A stretch of 64,000 nucleotides of DNA from Candidatus Poribacteria bacterium. Lineage in GTDB: Bacteria > Poribacteria > WGA-4E > PCPOR2b. Where the stretch lies: assembly GCA_965218095.1 (NCBI GenBank), contig OZ244587.1, positions 1,536,001-1,600,000 of the forward strand, written 5' to 3'. A program made the translations under genes and the position numbers. Below, in pieces: positions 1 to 10,423 of the stretch; within the stretch, counting starts at the first letter, position 1; the number at the start of each line of letters is the position of its first letter. The notes beneath the pieces were generated by a model that was not told where the DNA came from, did not search any database, and saw only the letters and a list, made by a program, of their open reading frames with translations.

Positions 1-715
1 CATCAACGAAAATGCCGGGAATCTTCACCATCCGCGGGTCGATGCCGCGCTTACCAACCGTCCGCTTGACCTGCGCGATCACTTTTCCCCCGGAATTCCT
101 CGCTGCCTGCGCCACCGACAACATCTCGAAATACGCAACCTCATCTTCCATCGAGATGGCGCCATCGGGGTCGGCAGTAGTACCACGGACAAAGGCAATG
201 TTCACAGGAAAACTGTGATACAGGAGATATTCCTTCCCCCGTAGCGTAACCACTTCTACCAGATCTTCCGTCGTCCGTGCGTTGAGCTTGCCGCCCTCGA
301 TTCGGGGATCCGCAAAGGTGTGTAAGCCAACATGCGTCACATAGCCCGGCGTGCCGGCGGCGATGCTCCGCATGAGGCAAGACAACGCACCTTGTGGGAG
401 ATTGTACGCCTCGATCTTGTTCTCAATTGCGAGTTCTGCCATCGGCGGCGACATCCCCCAATGTCCACCGATGTCTCGCTTAATCAGGCGTGGATCGGCG
501 AGGCGCCCCAGACCGAGTTTTCCCTGATTACCCATGCCGCTGATGTGAACGACCGTGAGGTCTCGCGGCTGAAGCGTTGACCGGAAGCGCCGCCCCAACG
601 CTTCGATCAGCATTTCGGGGATGGCGTGTCCCGCGCCGCTCCCACCGATGACGAGGGTATCGCCATTTTGTACTATCTGCGCGGCTTCTTCTGCGGTGAT
701 AATCGGTTTTGCCAT
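1..715 (-). CDS. Acyl-CoA:acetate/3-ketoacid CoA-transferase (YdiF/Pct family), 3' part outside window
   Basis: Manual translation from ATG at 715 (GGAG RBS): MAKPIITAEEAAQIVQNGDTLVIGGSG...IEAYNLPQG...THVGLHTFADPRIEGGKLN...AFVRGTTADPDG...GGKVIAQVKR...VKIPGIFVD; open to the window edge, so missing from the ORF track. Confidence 0.9.
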   Translation of the reverse strand, partial: MAKPIITAEEAAQIVQNGDTLVIGGSGAGHAIPEMLIEALGRRFRSTLQPRDLTVVHISGMGNQGKLGLGRLADPRLIKRDIGGHWGMSPPMAELAIENKIEAYNLPQGALSCLMRSIAAGTPGYVTHVGLHTFADPRIEGGKLNARTTEDLVEVVTLRGKEYLLYHSFPVNIAFVRGTTADPDGAISMEDEVAYFEMLSVAQAARNSGGKVIAQVKRTVGKRGIDPRMVKIPGIFVD

Positions 716-856
716 GTAATGAACTCCGGAAAATCAAGACTCACTAACCTTCGGAAGGTTACAGGGTCGGCTGGCGAGGATTTTCGGCGTCAAATGTCCG
801 TTTTTGTGTCGATGCCATTTTTCATGAACCCTGCGAAGGTTTCTTTGACTCCTGAG

Positions 857-1855
857 CTAATCCAGTGGGCTGCAGACCACTATGCCACCTTTGTTAAGCA
901 CATGGGTATAGATCATCGTGGTACTCACAGCCTGATGACCAAGCAACTCCTGAACGGAGACTCGAAAGGTCACACCTTGTTTTGAGGATTGATGGACGAC
1001 CTTTCGAGTCTCGGATATCGTATCCACCTTCGATCAGATGCGTCGAAAACTGTGTTGGAATGTGTGACAATTGACAGGCTTGCTGATTCCAGCTAGATTC
1101 ACAGTTTTCTGCAAGCTACTCTCATTAATATGATGCCATCGCACTTCGCCGCTTCGCGGGTCTGTGGACAGGCTTTTCGCAGGAAAAACTACTGCCAGCC
1201 CCACTCTCGGTTCGCGCTCGGATACTTCCTTTCCAAAGCAAATGGCAGATAGACACAGTCATAGCCCTTTGCCAAATCGTCGTCATGGGTCAGTTTCACA
1301 CGGTTGAGGTGTTCCTGCAGGGGGGCTTTAAGGCTTCTGGTAAGGCGGTCACATGGTCTTCCATCCCCTTCGCATCACGAACAAGAATCTGGGCGCCCTC
1401 AAAATCGATGTCCTTGACGCGGAGTCGGACGCACTCGATTAACCTTAAACCATAGCCATAAAGTAACTTTGCCATCAACTGATGGGAACCGGACGTTGCA
1501 TCTAAAATCTAACGGACCTCGTCTTTCGTCAAGACCGTCGATAGATGTTTCGGATTTTTCGCTCACACCGCATCGATTGGATCATTGAGCGGCATTTTGA
1601 GCACCTCACGATACAGGAACAGCAACGCGATCAACGCTTGATTTTGTGTTGACGCAGTAACGTTTTCATTGACCGCCAGATGGGTGAGAAACGCTTCAAT
1701 TTCGTCGGGCCCCATCTCTCCCGGGTGCTGTTTATCATGAAACAGAATATATCGTCGAATCCAGTTAACGTAGGCTTCTTCGGTTCGGATTGAGTAATGC
1801 TTCAGTCGTTTTTTTGGCGGCCCCGATCAAGGAGTTTTTTGGGGCGTCGTTGCAC
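857..1855 (-). pseudogene. intI: Integron integrase, inactivated by stops, frameshifts and a 52-bp insertion
   Basis: Fragments: [52 protein letters not shown], the IntI-specific patch [21 protein letters not shown], and [31 protein letters not shown]. Confidence 0.93.
957..1012. repeat. Perfect 15-bp inverted repeat (miniature insertion) inside intI
   Basis: GAGACTCGAAAGGTC (957-971) / GACCTTTCGAGTCTC (998-1012), 26-bp spacer, lying between the GYDIR and VQELLGH codons. Confidence 0.85.
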
Positions 1856-1877
1856 TTTTTGCCTTCACAACTTTCCG

Positions 1878-1906
1878 TTGACTACGGTTTAGAAAGATTG
1901 TATAAT
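1878..1906 (+). promoter_or_regulatory. Sigma70-type promoter facing the cassette array (Pc-like)
   Basis: TTGACT-N17-TATAAT, divergent from intI and upstream of the attI-like site. Confidence 0.75.
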
Positions 1907-1961
1907 TTCGTCAACCGTTTGATTTCTATTTTATCAGGTTTTGGAAATTGATTCAAGTGGG

Positions 1962-2045
1962 AAATTCTGGATAAATTTTTTATACGGAAAAAATTCTGGC
2001 ATAAAGGATTATACGGAATTTTTTCCGTATAATCAAGAGTTAGCT
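1962..2045 (+). other. attI-like integron recombination site
   Basis: TAA-N6-GTT simple site (TAAtcaagaGTTagct, 2030-2045), the same spacing as attI1, preceded by direct repeats aaattctgg and tatacggaa; position 5' of intI is canonical. Confidence 0.7.
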
Positions 2046-2063
2046 GTCAGTTCTGGGAGGACA

Positions 2064-2624
2064 TTGAGGATAGTCACAGGGAATCAGGCAAGAGATATCC
2101 AGAAGGCGATTCAGAGGAAGTACAAGGAGGTCTCCCATACGGCAGAAGACAAGTTCACGTATCCCACCGGACAGGAAGGTGCGGAGACCTTGGGTTATGA
2201 TTAGGCTTTGATATCCAGTGTCCTAAGTGACGTGCTCAAGTCGTTCTGTGGGGTTGGCAATCCCTTTGCATTCACAGCAGTTGGGAGGGGACGGACTGTC
2301 CTGGACGTAGGATGCGGCGCAGGATTTGACGTCTTCTTTGCCAGTCAGTTGGTTGGGCCATCGGGGCGGGTATACGGGATCGACCTTACGCCGGAAATGG
2401 TGAGGTGTGCACAGAAGAATCTGGCCAAGGCAGGCGTTGCAAACGCAGAGGTTCGCCAAGCAACGTCGGAGTCAATCCCATGTGAGAGTGCCACCTTCGG
2501 CATGGTTACTTCCAACGGCGTCCTGAATCTTTCACCTCGGAAGGATACATCATTCAGGGAGATTCTACAGGTGCTTCGACTAGGAGGGCGGACAGCCCAC
2601 ACAAGACGCTTTTGTCCTTCCTGA
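2064..2624 (+). pseudogene. First integron cassette: ArsM-like SAM methyltransferase with in-frame TAG at 2202-2204 and deleted 3' end
   Basis: GGAGG RBS then TTG; SFCGVGNPF, VLDVGCGAGFD, GIDLTPEM, SNGVLNLSP, LRLGGR; the two ORF-track pieces share one frame. Confidence 0.8.
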
Positions 2625-2664
2625 GATTGTGTGTGTGGGCCGCCGTTCACCGGGGGCGTTAGGA
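2589..2664 (+). other. Partial attC site (left end deleted)
   Basis: Stem gcccacaca/tgtgtgggc followed by gttcacc-gggggc-GTTAGGA; no RYYYAAC inverse core. Confidence 0.6.
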
Positions 2665-2927
2665 AGCGAGAGAAAAAACTGATTGTCTCTCATTGTTAAT
2701 CTGTGAGCCAAAAATCCGTTAGCCCGCCGATACGCAGAATCTGCCATCGGAAGAAATCCGTGAGGATCCTCCGATAGATCGGGGCAAGCTCTGAGCTTGT
2801 CGAAGGATTGCGGCCTGCCTTCGTTGTCACTACCTGAACGATTATGGGGATGATAACCACAACTGGAAGCGCTCCACGCCGTTCTGCAAAGAACGACTAC
2901 CCAAACGTACATCAAGAAAGGAGCACC

Positions 2928-3794
2928 ATGACCATCAGTCCAATTATCTCTGGCGAACCACTCAGCGAGGAAAAAACGCAGCCGATTGTTGAACAGTTCT
3001 ATCGCGATGGTTTCGTGCACATCCCGGGGGTGCTGACCTCCGAGGAAGTCACCGCCCTACGCGACAAAACCGACGAACTATTTGCTGACCCTATCCTCGC
3101 TGAAAGAACGAATCCGGAACTCGCCGACACAAGATACATCCAATTGAGGAAACATGAAGAATCCGGGGAAGAACTCCCGTTCATTTTGAGGAATACCATC
3201 GAACTCGATCGGATCTTTCGGGATATGCTCCTTCGGGAGCCGATTCTCAGTTTGGCTGAAGCGGTTGTAGGACAAGACTGTAAATTCTGCGGTCAAAACA
3301 TCCTGCGCAATCTTCCCGGTCTGGCAATTGAGCGATGGCACGTTGATGGGCAGGTTCATTTCCCATTGCCCGAGAATGTGGCTCGCCACGACCCACAGAT
3401 TCGGATGCCAGCTTTATGGCTTACCATACAGATGGCATTGACTGACATTGAGTCAATCGAGCAGGGCCCAACGCAGTACGTTCCTGGCAGTCATTATTCC
3501 GGTCGCAATCCGAACGATCAGGTCCACCCGGAGTTTGAAGGTCGCGGTCCCACGTCGGTTCTCTGCAAAGCCGGCGACATCTACTTGCAAGACCCCCAGT
3601 GCTGGCACCGGGGTGCCCCAAATAGATCCAATCGCACACGCTATCTTTTACAATCCCAGTACGCCGCCCAATGGGCATACTGGCGGTTTAGCTTGTGCAA
3701 CCGTGTTCCCGTTCCCGAACATGCACTCGAAACCACGAGCGATCGGCTCCTGAACCTGTTGGGTCGAAGCCGTCCGGACAGCTCCCACAATTGA
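2928..3794 (+). CDS. Phytanoyl-CoA dioxygenase (PhyH) family 2OG-Fe(II) oxygenase
   Basis: FYRDGF, WHVD, GPTQYVPGSH, WHRGAPN; AAGGAG RBS before ATG 2928. Confidence 0.9.
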   Translation: MTISPIISGEPLSEEKTQPIVEQFYRDGFVHIPGVLTSEEVTALRDKTDELFADPILAERTNPELADTRYIQLRKHEESGEELPFILRNTIELDRIFRDMLLREPILSLAEAVVGQDCKFCGQNILRNLPGLAIERWHVDGQVHFPLPENVARHDPQIRMPALWLTIQMALTDIESIEQGPTQYVPGSHYSGRNPNDQVHPEFEGRGPTSVLCKAGDIYLQDPQCWHRGAPNRSNRTRYLLQSQYAAQWAYWRFSLCNRVPVPEHALETTSDRLLNLLGRSRPDSSHN

Positions 3795-4019
3795 TAGTTC
3801 AGGGGCGACAGTTTTTCCAAAATCAGACGTTAACCGCAATTGCCGCCTTGAACTATAGAAAGTTTCTCCGTGTTATGTCTTTCTGACTCATCACTTTGCT
3901 TCTTGCAACCTTCGTCGGGGGCAGCGAAACACGCGACTTCGTGTGGGGCTTGGGAATGTCCACAACTCTCTTTTCCAATCCGACTCAAAGCCTATCACCT
4001 GCCACAGCAAGTCTGCGTT

Positions 4020-4440
4020 TCACTGTGCGATGAGCACTTGCAAGCGAGTTGTCAGGTTGACAAAGCTCAGCCCGCAGCGAAGTAACGTCAATGACTCTCT
4101 GCTTGCAGATCTGAACCCAGTGTAAGCTGCGGCACATTGTCCATCAGAGATAGCTGAAGTCCCCTGCCGATTTCAATATCATTGCGATTCATTCGATTGT
4201 CATCCCAGTCCATAAATGACGCGTTGATACCAATACCCGGTTGCAGAAAGCGCTAAAATACTTTTCCTCTAGGAAGGTATGTTCCGCCGTAGGTGACGCC
4301 GGGTGCCGGTCCAAAATTGAAATCGTCAATCCCTTGGTTCTGATCCTCCCTCATCAACACCCGAGCGCCGGATGAACAGAATGGAGTCGGAGATCTGAAC
4401 TCAAAAGCCAAACGGCTTTGGCACCAACAGACGCTCAATT
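4020..4440 (-). pseudogene. Possible decayed outer-membrane protein fragment
   Basis: Stop-interrupted frame FNFGPAPGVTYGGTY...FLQPGIGINASFMDWD...IEIGRGLQLSLMDN...YFAAGLSF with amphipathic beta-strand pattern. Confidence 0.3.
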
Positions 4441-4949
4441 GACTCCTGCGTAGCGAGATTTGTCACGCGATAATACCATCATACTCGGGAGCATTGTTCG
4501 TTCTTCGGCAATCTTAGCAGATCGTGATACAGCGGTAGGGTTGAAGCCCGGGCAATGAACCAAAGTTTACCTCGTCGGTCGATTGAAAAACAGACAAAAC
4601 ATCACAAAGAACTTGAGAAAACTGCGCAATTTCCATACCGTCATGCTGAAATTCTTTCGTTCCCTCTCAAGGGTGGTATCAACCAACCCTTGCACACGGG
4701 GCCAAAGGCAACGCGGGAGACATTGACGGGTAACTTGGTACAGGCTCATGTTGCACACGCTGCGCATTCCAACGTATGCAGATAGTAACATGGGATAGAG
4801 TTTGTCTCCTTTTTAATTCTTGGACGAACCGTAATGCCTATTGGTTTGCAACGATTTTCTGTGCTACAAAATCCTTAAAGCCCGTGACATTCGATTCGGC
4901 TTCGTTCATAAACACGATTTTACACACTAACGGACATTTTTTAGATCTC

Positions 4950-6460
4950 CTATTTGACGGCGGACGATGAAGGCACCTTGGGGAGCTGGGAAAAGTCAAA
5001 TTCATTGCAACCTTCGGGGGTAGTAAAACGCCCGACTTCGTGTGGGACAGCGGCGTGCCCGCAACTCTGGAGGACTTCTCTCGCCCGCTCTTGTTTGGCA
5101 AAGTTTTCAAGCAAGGCTTCGGCAGACCATCGGGCGTGAATCTTCTGAAGACAGAATTTCACCACTTCCGCACAGTCCGGGTCATTTGCCCGGTCGTGCC
5201 GCTCGTCTGGGTCAACCTTGATGTTGAAGAGCTGACAGGATAAAAATTCGTGGTAGTAGTTCAGCTTCCATGGACCGGTGCGAATCATGCACGACGGTTG
5301 ATCGCCCCACAGACCGCAGTATTCGGCGAAGACCTCGTTAGACCAGTCTGGGATGTCCTCACCGGTAAGGAAGCCGGCGAAGCTTTTACCCGAAACGTCT
5401 GGCAAGGGAGCGGCAGAGGCGATATCCAACACAGTAGGCCCCACGTCAATGAGGCTGACGATTGAATTCTCCGTTTTGTTCTTCTGGAAATGCCCCGGCC
5501 ATGAGAAGATCAGCGGCACAGAAACTGACCCTTCGTAAAAACTGCTTTTCCACCACATACCATGTTCGCACGCCATATCGCCGTGGTCGGAGGTGTAGAT
5601 GATGACCGTGTTGTCGACTGAAGGCTGTGTTCTGATAGCCTTGATGATTCTCCCGACGTTGCGGTCCATTTCGGTGACGAGACCTGAGTAGGCTGCCAGC
5701 CCCCGGCGATTCTGTTCGGGAGTCAAATCATCCACGCCTCGACGCTGTCGCCACTTTTTCAGCGCCGGATGCAGGTTGTTGAGGTACTCCTGCGACTGCA
5801 GTTCCAACGGTGGAATCTGCTCCATGTAATACTCGAAGAGATCTTTGGCGCAAATCAGTGGGTTGTGCGGCAGTATTAATCCCACAACCAACGCATAGGG
5901 GCGGTCAGAATCACGTCGAGAGCGGATAAACTCGCATGCGGTATCCGTGACCGAATGGTCGAAAGCCTGATACCCTGTCTTCCCGTATCCCGACACCTCA
6001 ACAGCGTATTTCGTTTGCCCAGCGGTTTTGTAATAACCCGAACCAAGGATCTCGGGAGTCAGCATGTTTCCGCTCACATCTCCGTGGATGCACCGCTCGA
6101 ACCCGTGGAACGGGTCAGTCGTCCCGTCGTCCCAAAGTGCATTCTGCCGCAGAGGACCGCTTCGTATCCGGCTGCGCCGAGTGCATGGGCAAACGTCGGC
6201 GTCTGGGAACAGAAAAAGAAACTCCCAGCGTTGTCATAAACACCAATGTCGCTGGGATACTGCGCCGCCATAAACGCTGCTCTGGACGGCGCACACAGTA
6301 GGTAGGAACAGTAGGCGTTGGTGAAGCGAATGCCCCCCTCTACCAGCGCATCAAGGTGAGGCGTCTGCACGATGGAGTTGCCAGCGCAGCCCATGACAGC
6401 GGGGTTGTGCTGGTCAGACATGAGGAGGACGATGTTGGGACGTCGTGTGGATTCGCTCAT
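4950..6460 (-). pseudogene. Choline-sulfatase-like sulfatase frameshifted by an 8-bp tandem duplication
   Basis: PNIVLLMSDQH, CAPSR, GRMHF in the 5' ORF; TSDHG, WWKSSFYEGSVSVPLI in the 3' ORF; gtcgtccc x2 at 6118-6133. Confidence 0.88.
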
Positions 6461-6878
6461 GGAATTCCTTTCTAATTCGGTCTGTTTTTGGCAAAAGATG
6501 TATTGGTCGGAAAGATGGCAGACATTAAGTTTTCAACGCCTTGTGGGACGCGGCTTCTGGAGATCCTTGAATGCGAAAGGGGAAAGTGGAAACCCGCTTC
6601 CATGCTCCTCTGCCTGATATGGCTCGGATGAAAAGATCTGGGTAAAAGTAAGCGTGGGACGGGGGGATTGCCCAGCGAGTTATTCCGGTCAAGCGCTTTT
6701 TTTCTTTACGGTTGTGGGGGAGGAAGTCAGCTAGATTGAGGCGGCCCTCGCGAAACCCATGTCCCAGTTTGGAGCTTATCTCGGACAGGGGCTGGTAACA
6801 TAAGGTTGAGGGGTTTGTCGAATGACCCGAATGAGACGAAATGTGTCCACAAGGGAAAACTCTGTCATTACTGAGCGT

Positions 6879-7400
6879 TCAGGGAGCCCGTCCATAGATT
6901 CGCGTGTTTTCCACGGTGTCCGAAAATGGCCCCTGCTTATCTGTTTGTATTGTGACGGTGATAATGCCCATTTCTGTGTCTCGCTGCGGATCTTCGCTAA
7001 TCAGCGCATGTGGAATTTCTGCAAAAAGGATTCGCTTGTGGGTTCCTCCGATCACTCCCCAACTCAGATCTATGAGGCGCCCATCGTAGACTTTTGCGCT
7101 TTTGACACCTTGTCGCATCGAGTAGATTTTGGCGTTTGTGGTAAATTTGGATTCAGGGAGAAGACTTACACCGATTTGCGGGGTCAATATACTTTCGCTC
7201 AGGATCAATGGATTGCCCTTATTGTTAAGCAGAAGAATCCGGAAATCAAGACGGTTGGTCCGGAAATCTGATTCAACTTTAATCGCGGCGAAATTTTGTA
7301 TTTCACCGGTGCTACAACCCAATATCGCAATCAAGAATCCCCAGCCAAGCCAGTGAAAAAGCCTTTGTATTTTTCTGTTTCTGAAGGATGCCATGTTCAA
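6879..7400 (-). CDS. Hypothetical lipoprotein
   Basis: 173-aa ORF; basic N-terminus, hydrophobic stretch, lipobox-like ILGC. Confidence 0.7.
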   Translation of the reverse strand: MNMASFRNRKIQRLFHWLGWGFLIAILGCSTGEIQNFAAIKVESDFRTNRLDFRILLLNNKGNPLILSESILTPQIGVSLLPESKFTTNAKIYSMRQGVKSAKVYDGRLIDLSWGVIGGTHKRILFAEIPHALISEDPQRDTEMGIITVTIQTDKQGPFSDTVENTRIYGRAP

Positions 7401-7516
7401 CTCCTGGCCGAATCAACACACACAATCTATTTTCATTAGTTGGAGAAATCTAACATTTGGAATTCGTAGGCTTCTGAAGTCTGACGAAGATTAAGAAAAT
7501 AATTCGGTAATAATCA

Positions 7517-7549
7517 AACCTTGAAAGGGTTTTAAACCTTTTCAAGGTT
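7517..7549. repeat. Palindrome (REP-like or terminator) at the 3' end of the methyltransferase
   Basis: aaccttgaaagggttttaaaccttttcaaggtt. Confidence 0.55.
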
Positions 7550-8375
7550 AACGGGAGTCTAATTCGCCGCTTTTCTCAAGCACTGATTTTGGCTTGTCGA
7601 GAAACTCGTTAGCGTCTGTGAATTTTTGAACATAATACCACCTTTTCGGCCGACATCGGTATATGGCTCTGCCTTTTGTCCCGCCAAGCTGAGTCACCGC
7701 AAAATACGTTTCCAGAAGTGGGCAGATTGGTTGACCTGTTCGGTAACAGATCAGCAGCGAAGATACGTTTGCTGCTTTTGCGGCTTGTTGGAGAAACGGT
7801 TCAAGGGGACCAAAATCAGCCGATTCGAGCCCACCCATCGGGTCCCAGTGGTCGTTGTGGGCGTATGGTGGATCTGCAATGAGGGCAACCTCGCCATCAA
7901 TCGAAGTCAGGATTTCATGAATCTGGGTCGCGTCGTGCTGGAATAATTCCACTTCGAGGTGAATCTGCTGCGCATGGTTGAACATCAACCGACACCGCTC
8001 TTGATAAACCGCCTTCAGACCATCATCCTCGGTCTTGTACGCCCTAATTGCTCGCAATCGTTCTGCAAGCGCGTTTTGGTCCTTCATCCACTGAAAATTT
8101 CGCCGTGCGGTATCCAGTACAAGTGGATCGATGTCTGACCCCAGCAGCTTTTTAATTTTCTGCGAGAAAAGGAGATACGCCGTGCAGAGGATGACCCCAT
8201 GACCGCAAAACGGGTCATAGAGCGTAATCACATCTTCCCGATCCTCAAACAGTAAGTTGAGCATCATGTGGGCAACGCGAGGTGGAAATCGCGGCGTCCG
8301 CGTTGACAGGGCTTGATAGAGTGTCTTTCCAACCTCGATATATTTATAAGTAACGGGACCTTGTGAACGGTGCAT
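7548..8375 (-). CDS. AviRa-like rRNA methyltransferase
   Basis: PRFPPRVA, ITLYDPFCGHG, LLGSDID, IADPPY...HW; motif order resembles the AviRa family. Confidence 0.7.
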   Translation of the reverse strand: MHRSQGPVTYKYIEVGKTLYQALSTRTPRFPPRVAHMMLNLLFEDREDVITLYDPFCGHGVILCTAYLLFSQKIKKLLGSDIDPLVLDTARRNFQWMKDQNALAERLRAIRAYKTEDDGLKAVYQERCRLMFNHAQQIHLEVELFQHDATQIHEILTSIDGEVALIADPPYAHNDHWDPMGGLESADFGPLEPFLQQAAKAANVSSLLICYRTGQPICPLLETYFAVTQLGGTKGRAIYRCRPKRWYYVQKFTDANEFLDKPKSVLEKSGELDSR

Positions 8376-8454
8376 AATGCGTGAGAGGTGGTGCGTATTG
8401 CGTAATGCGTAGAACGTAAAGCGTAAATGCTCCCCTGAACTCCTGAACCTTGGG

Positions 8455-9198
8455 TTATCTCCAAAAATCTGCGCTGAGGATCAGATATTCGCCCCAATCA
8501 TCACCTTCGTTGATTACTTGGTGCCAATCTCCCGGCAGCAGTTGTACAATATCCCCTTCGACGAGGGTGTGTTTCTCATCGTTGTGACGCAGTGTTACCT
8601 GTCCTTTGAGCATGTAGTAGATCTGCTCCATGTCCTCATGAACATGGTAGTCAGAGTGCTTACGCCCCTGCATAGCGTGCTTCGTGAACCCTGTCAACGT
8701 GCGCATACAAGCTACCTCGCCGTGACTGGTTTGCGTGCCTCGGGAGCGGTACACCGCCCAGATACTTGCGTTGTCGTGACCAATTAAAGGGCGCTGATCT
8801 CGCCAATTGCGTATCACGGCTTCGGAGGGGTTTGTATCATTAACCATACAACTGATAATCAAGAACTGCGCCCAATCCTCCGTGTTGTTGATAAATTGGT
8901 GTTTCACAGTGGGAGGAAGATAGATCACTTCACCCTCTCGCACTTCGTGTTCGACATCATCGATCCGCATAATTCCGGCTCCAGACAGGACGTAAAACAG
9001 TTGTTCCATGTCTTCATGCGCGTGGTAGTCGGACTGTTTGCGCCCCTGGATAGATTGTTTGGCAAGGGCTTCGATAGCTTTCAAAACAGAGGGCTCACCT
9101 CGCCAGCTTTCGTCGTAGTCAGCTGTCATCAGCATCCAAACAACTGCGCTTTCATGACCGACGTGAGGCGTTTGATCTCTCCAATTTCGTTTGAGCAT
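8455..9198 (-). CDS. Tandem (bi)cupin protein
   Basis: Two homologous halves, each RNWRDQ...SDYHxHEDMEQ..Y.L.G...EG....LP....HQ.IN. Confidence 0.88.
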   Translation of the reverse strand: MLKRNWRDQTPHVGHESAVVWMLMTADYDESWRGEPSVLKAIEALAKQSIQGRKQSDYHAHEDMEQLFYVLSGAGIMRIDDVEHEVREGEVIYLPPTVKHQFINNTEDWAQFLIISCMVNDTNPSEAVIRNWRDQRPLIGHDNASIWAVYRSRGTQTSHGEVACMRTLTGFTKHAMQGRKHSDYHVHEDMEQIYYMLKGQVTLRHNDEKHTLVEGDIVQLLPGDWHQVINEGDDWGEYLILSADFWR

Positions 9199-9230
9199 GT
9201 CAGTTTCTCCTTCGTGTTAGTTTTTGTACT

Positions 9231-9608
9231 TCATTCCTGTCTTTGAATCTCGTAAACAACCTCTTCGAGAAAATCGACAAATTGCCCTGAAAATTCAGTC
9301 GGGTGGAATTAATCTTTGGGATAACGATGTTTATGGTGGGGAAACGTCTTAACGTTGGTATGATGAGGGGCGTTGTTATACTTACAGATGATAGGACTAT
9401 ACCCAACGCTGCCTCAAATTACGTTTTGCTGTGTGATTGTCATCCTGAGCGGAGCGAAGGATCTCTCGTCCTGAGATTCTTCGCTTCACTCAGAATGACG
9501 GTTATAAAGCGCAGTCATGCCGTTGCTGAGTATATAATCACAGAATTCCTCAAACGAATTGAGTGTGACGCCATTGATCGTAATCGGTTTTTCTACAAAT
9601 TTCTTCAT
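9231..9608 (-). pseudogene. DUF6516-like small protein remnant interrupted by a MITE
   Basis: KYNNAPHHTNVKTFPHHKH resembles the RYDNAPHH...PHHKH motif; N-terminal piece MKKFVEKP lies on the other side of the insertion. Confidence 0.4.
9398..9534. mobile_element. TA-flanked MITE with a GTCATCCTGAG...CTCAGAATGAC hairpin core
   Basis: Imperfect terminal inverted repeats bounded by TATA; core 9439-9499; related copies at 46565-46703 and (degenerate) 17589-17646. Confidence 0.65.
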
Positions 9609-9639
9609 CGCATCTGGCCTCCATTTTAGGGGGTTTCTA

Positions 9640-10116
9640 TTAACTATTAACGGATGAGTCAGGCCTCCAAGCGATACAGTGTGCAACAAAACGTTTGAGC
9701 GCGCCACTCTTAACAATAATTGCTTCGGGTCGTAGCACCGTTGCGTACATCATGAGCAATGAAATCGTATCAAGCAGTGACCGGTAGCCAGACAAGCCTG
9801 ATATATCGATATAAATCTTGCTGAACGGTTCACCGAGCTCAAGTGCCGCCTTGACATCGAATCCGTCCATGACTTCAAAGTGCAGACCCGGATGCATTTC
9901 TCGTGCGCGATCAATACACTTAGGGCTAATGTCAGTACCAATGACCTCCTTACAATGCGGGGCAATCAAAGTGGTTGTTGTTCCCCACTCACATCCGATC
10001 TCTAGCACAACATCATCGGCATTCACCCAAACGGGGATGGTCTCGCGGTACTCCTTAACGCCGCGTGTGCTGATAAATTCTGTTTTGGTCTCAAATAGTT
10101 GGTTCTTGCTTGCCAT
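9640..10116 (-). CDS. Class I SAM-dependent methyltransferase
   Basis: VLEIGCEWG, VIGTDIS; GGAGG RBS before ATG 10116. Confidence 0.8.
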   Translation of the reverse strand: MASKNQLFETKTEFISTRGVKEYRETIPVWVNADDVVLEIGCEWGTTTTLIAPHCKEVIGTDISPKCIDRAREMHPGLHFEVMDGFDVKAALELGEPFSKIYIDISGLSGYRSLLDTISLLMMYATVLRPEAIIVKSGALKRFVAHCIAWRPDSSVNS

Positions 10117-10300
10117 GGAACCTCCAAACCGATAGCTTGGGCACATCAATGCTTGGGAACGTTCATTCTTTATTTTCCGCTTCTGAATCCGTTGATTGAG
10201 TTGCTAACTGCTCAAGATCATTGATAAACTGCATCACGGACTGACACCACTTCTGGTATTCTGCCTCGATTGGCGTCGGTAAGGCGCGGTCATAAAAGAA

Positions 10301-10423
10301 GGGAATAAGTAGTTACTGGCTTAAATCAACCGCAGAGGCGCAGAGTTTTTTTAATTCTTCTCTGCGTTAAATAAGCGTGTTAGGACTTATTGCGAAATAT
10401 CAAGCCTTAATCTACTTATTGCG
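10301..10423. mobile_element. 123-bp MITE with 8-bp target duplication
   Basis: Ends gggaataagtag / ctacttattgcg; TAAAAGAA at 10293-10300 and 10424-10431. Confidence 0.8.

Noticed and set aside
6480-6870. Long intergenic region as a possible riboswitch or ncRNA
   Set aside because: No recognisable conserved motif by eye; an Rfam scan would be needed
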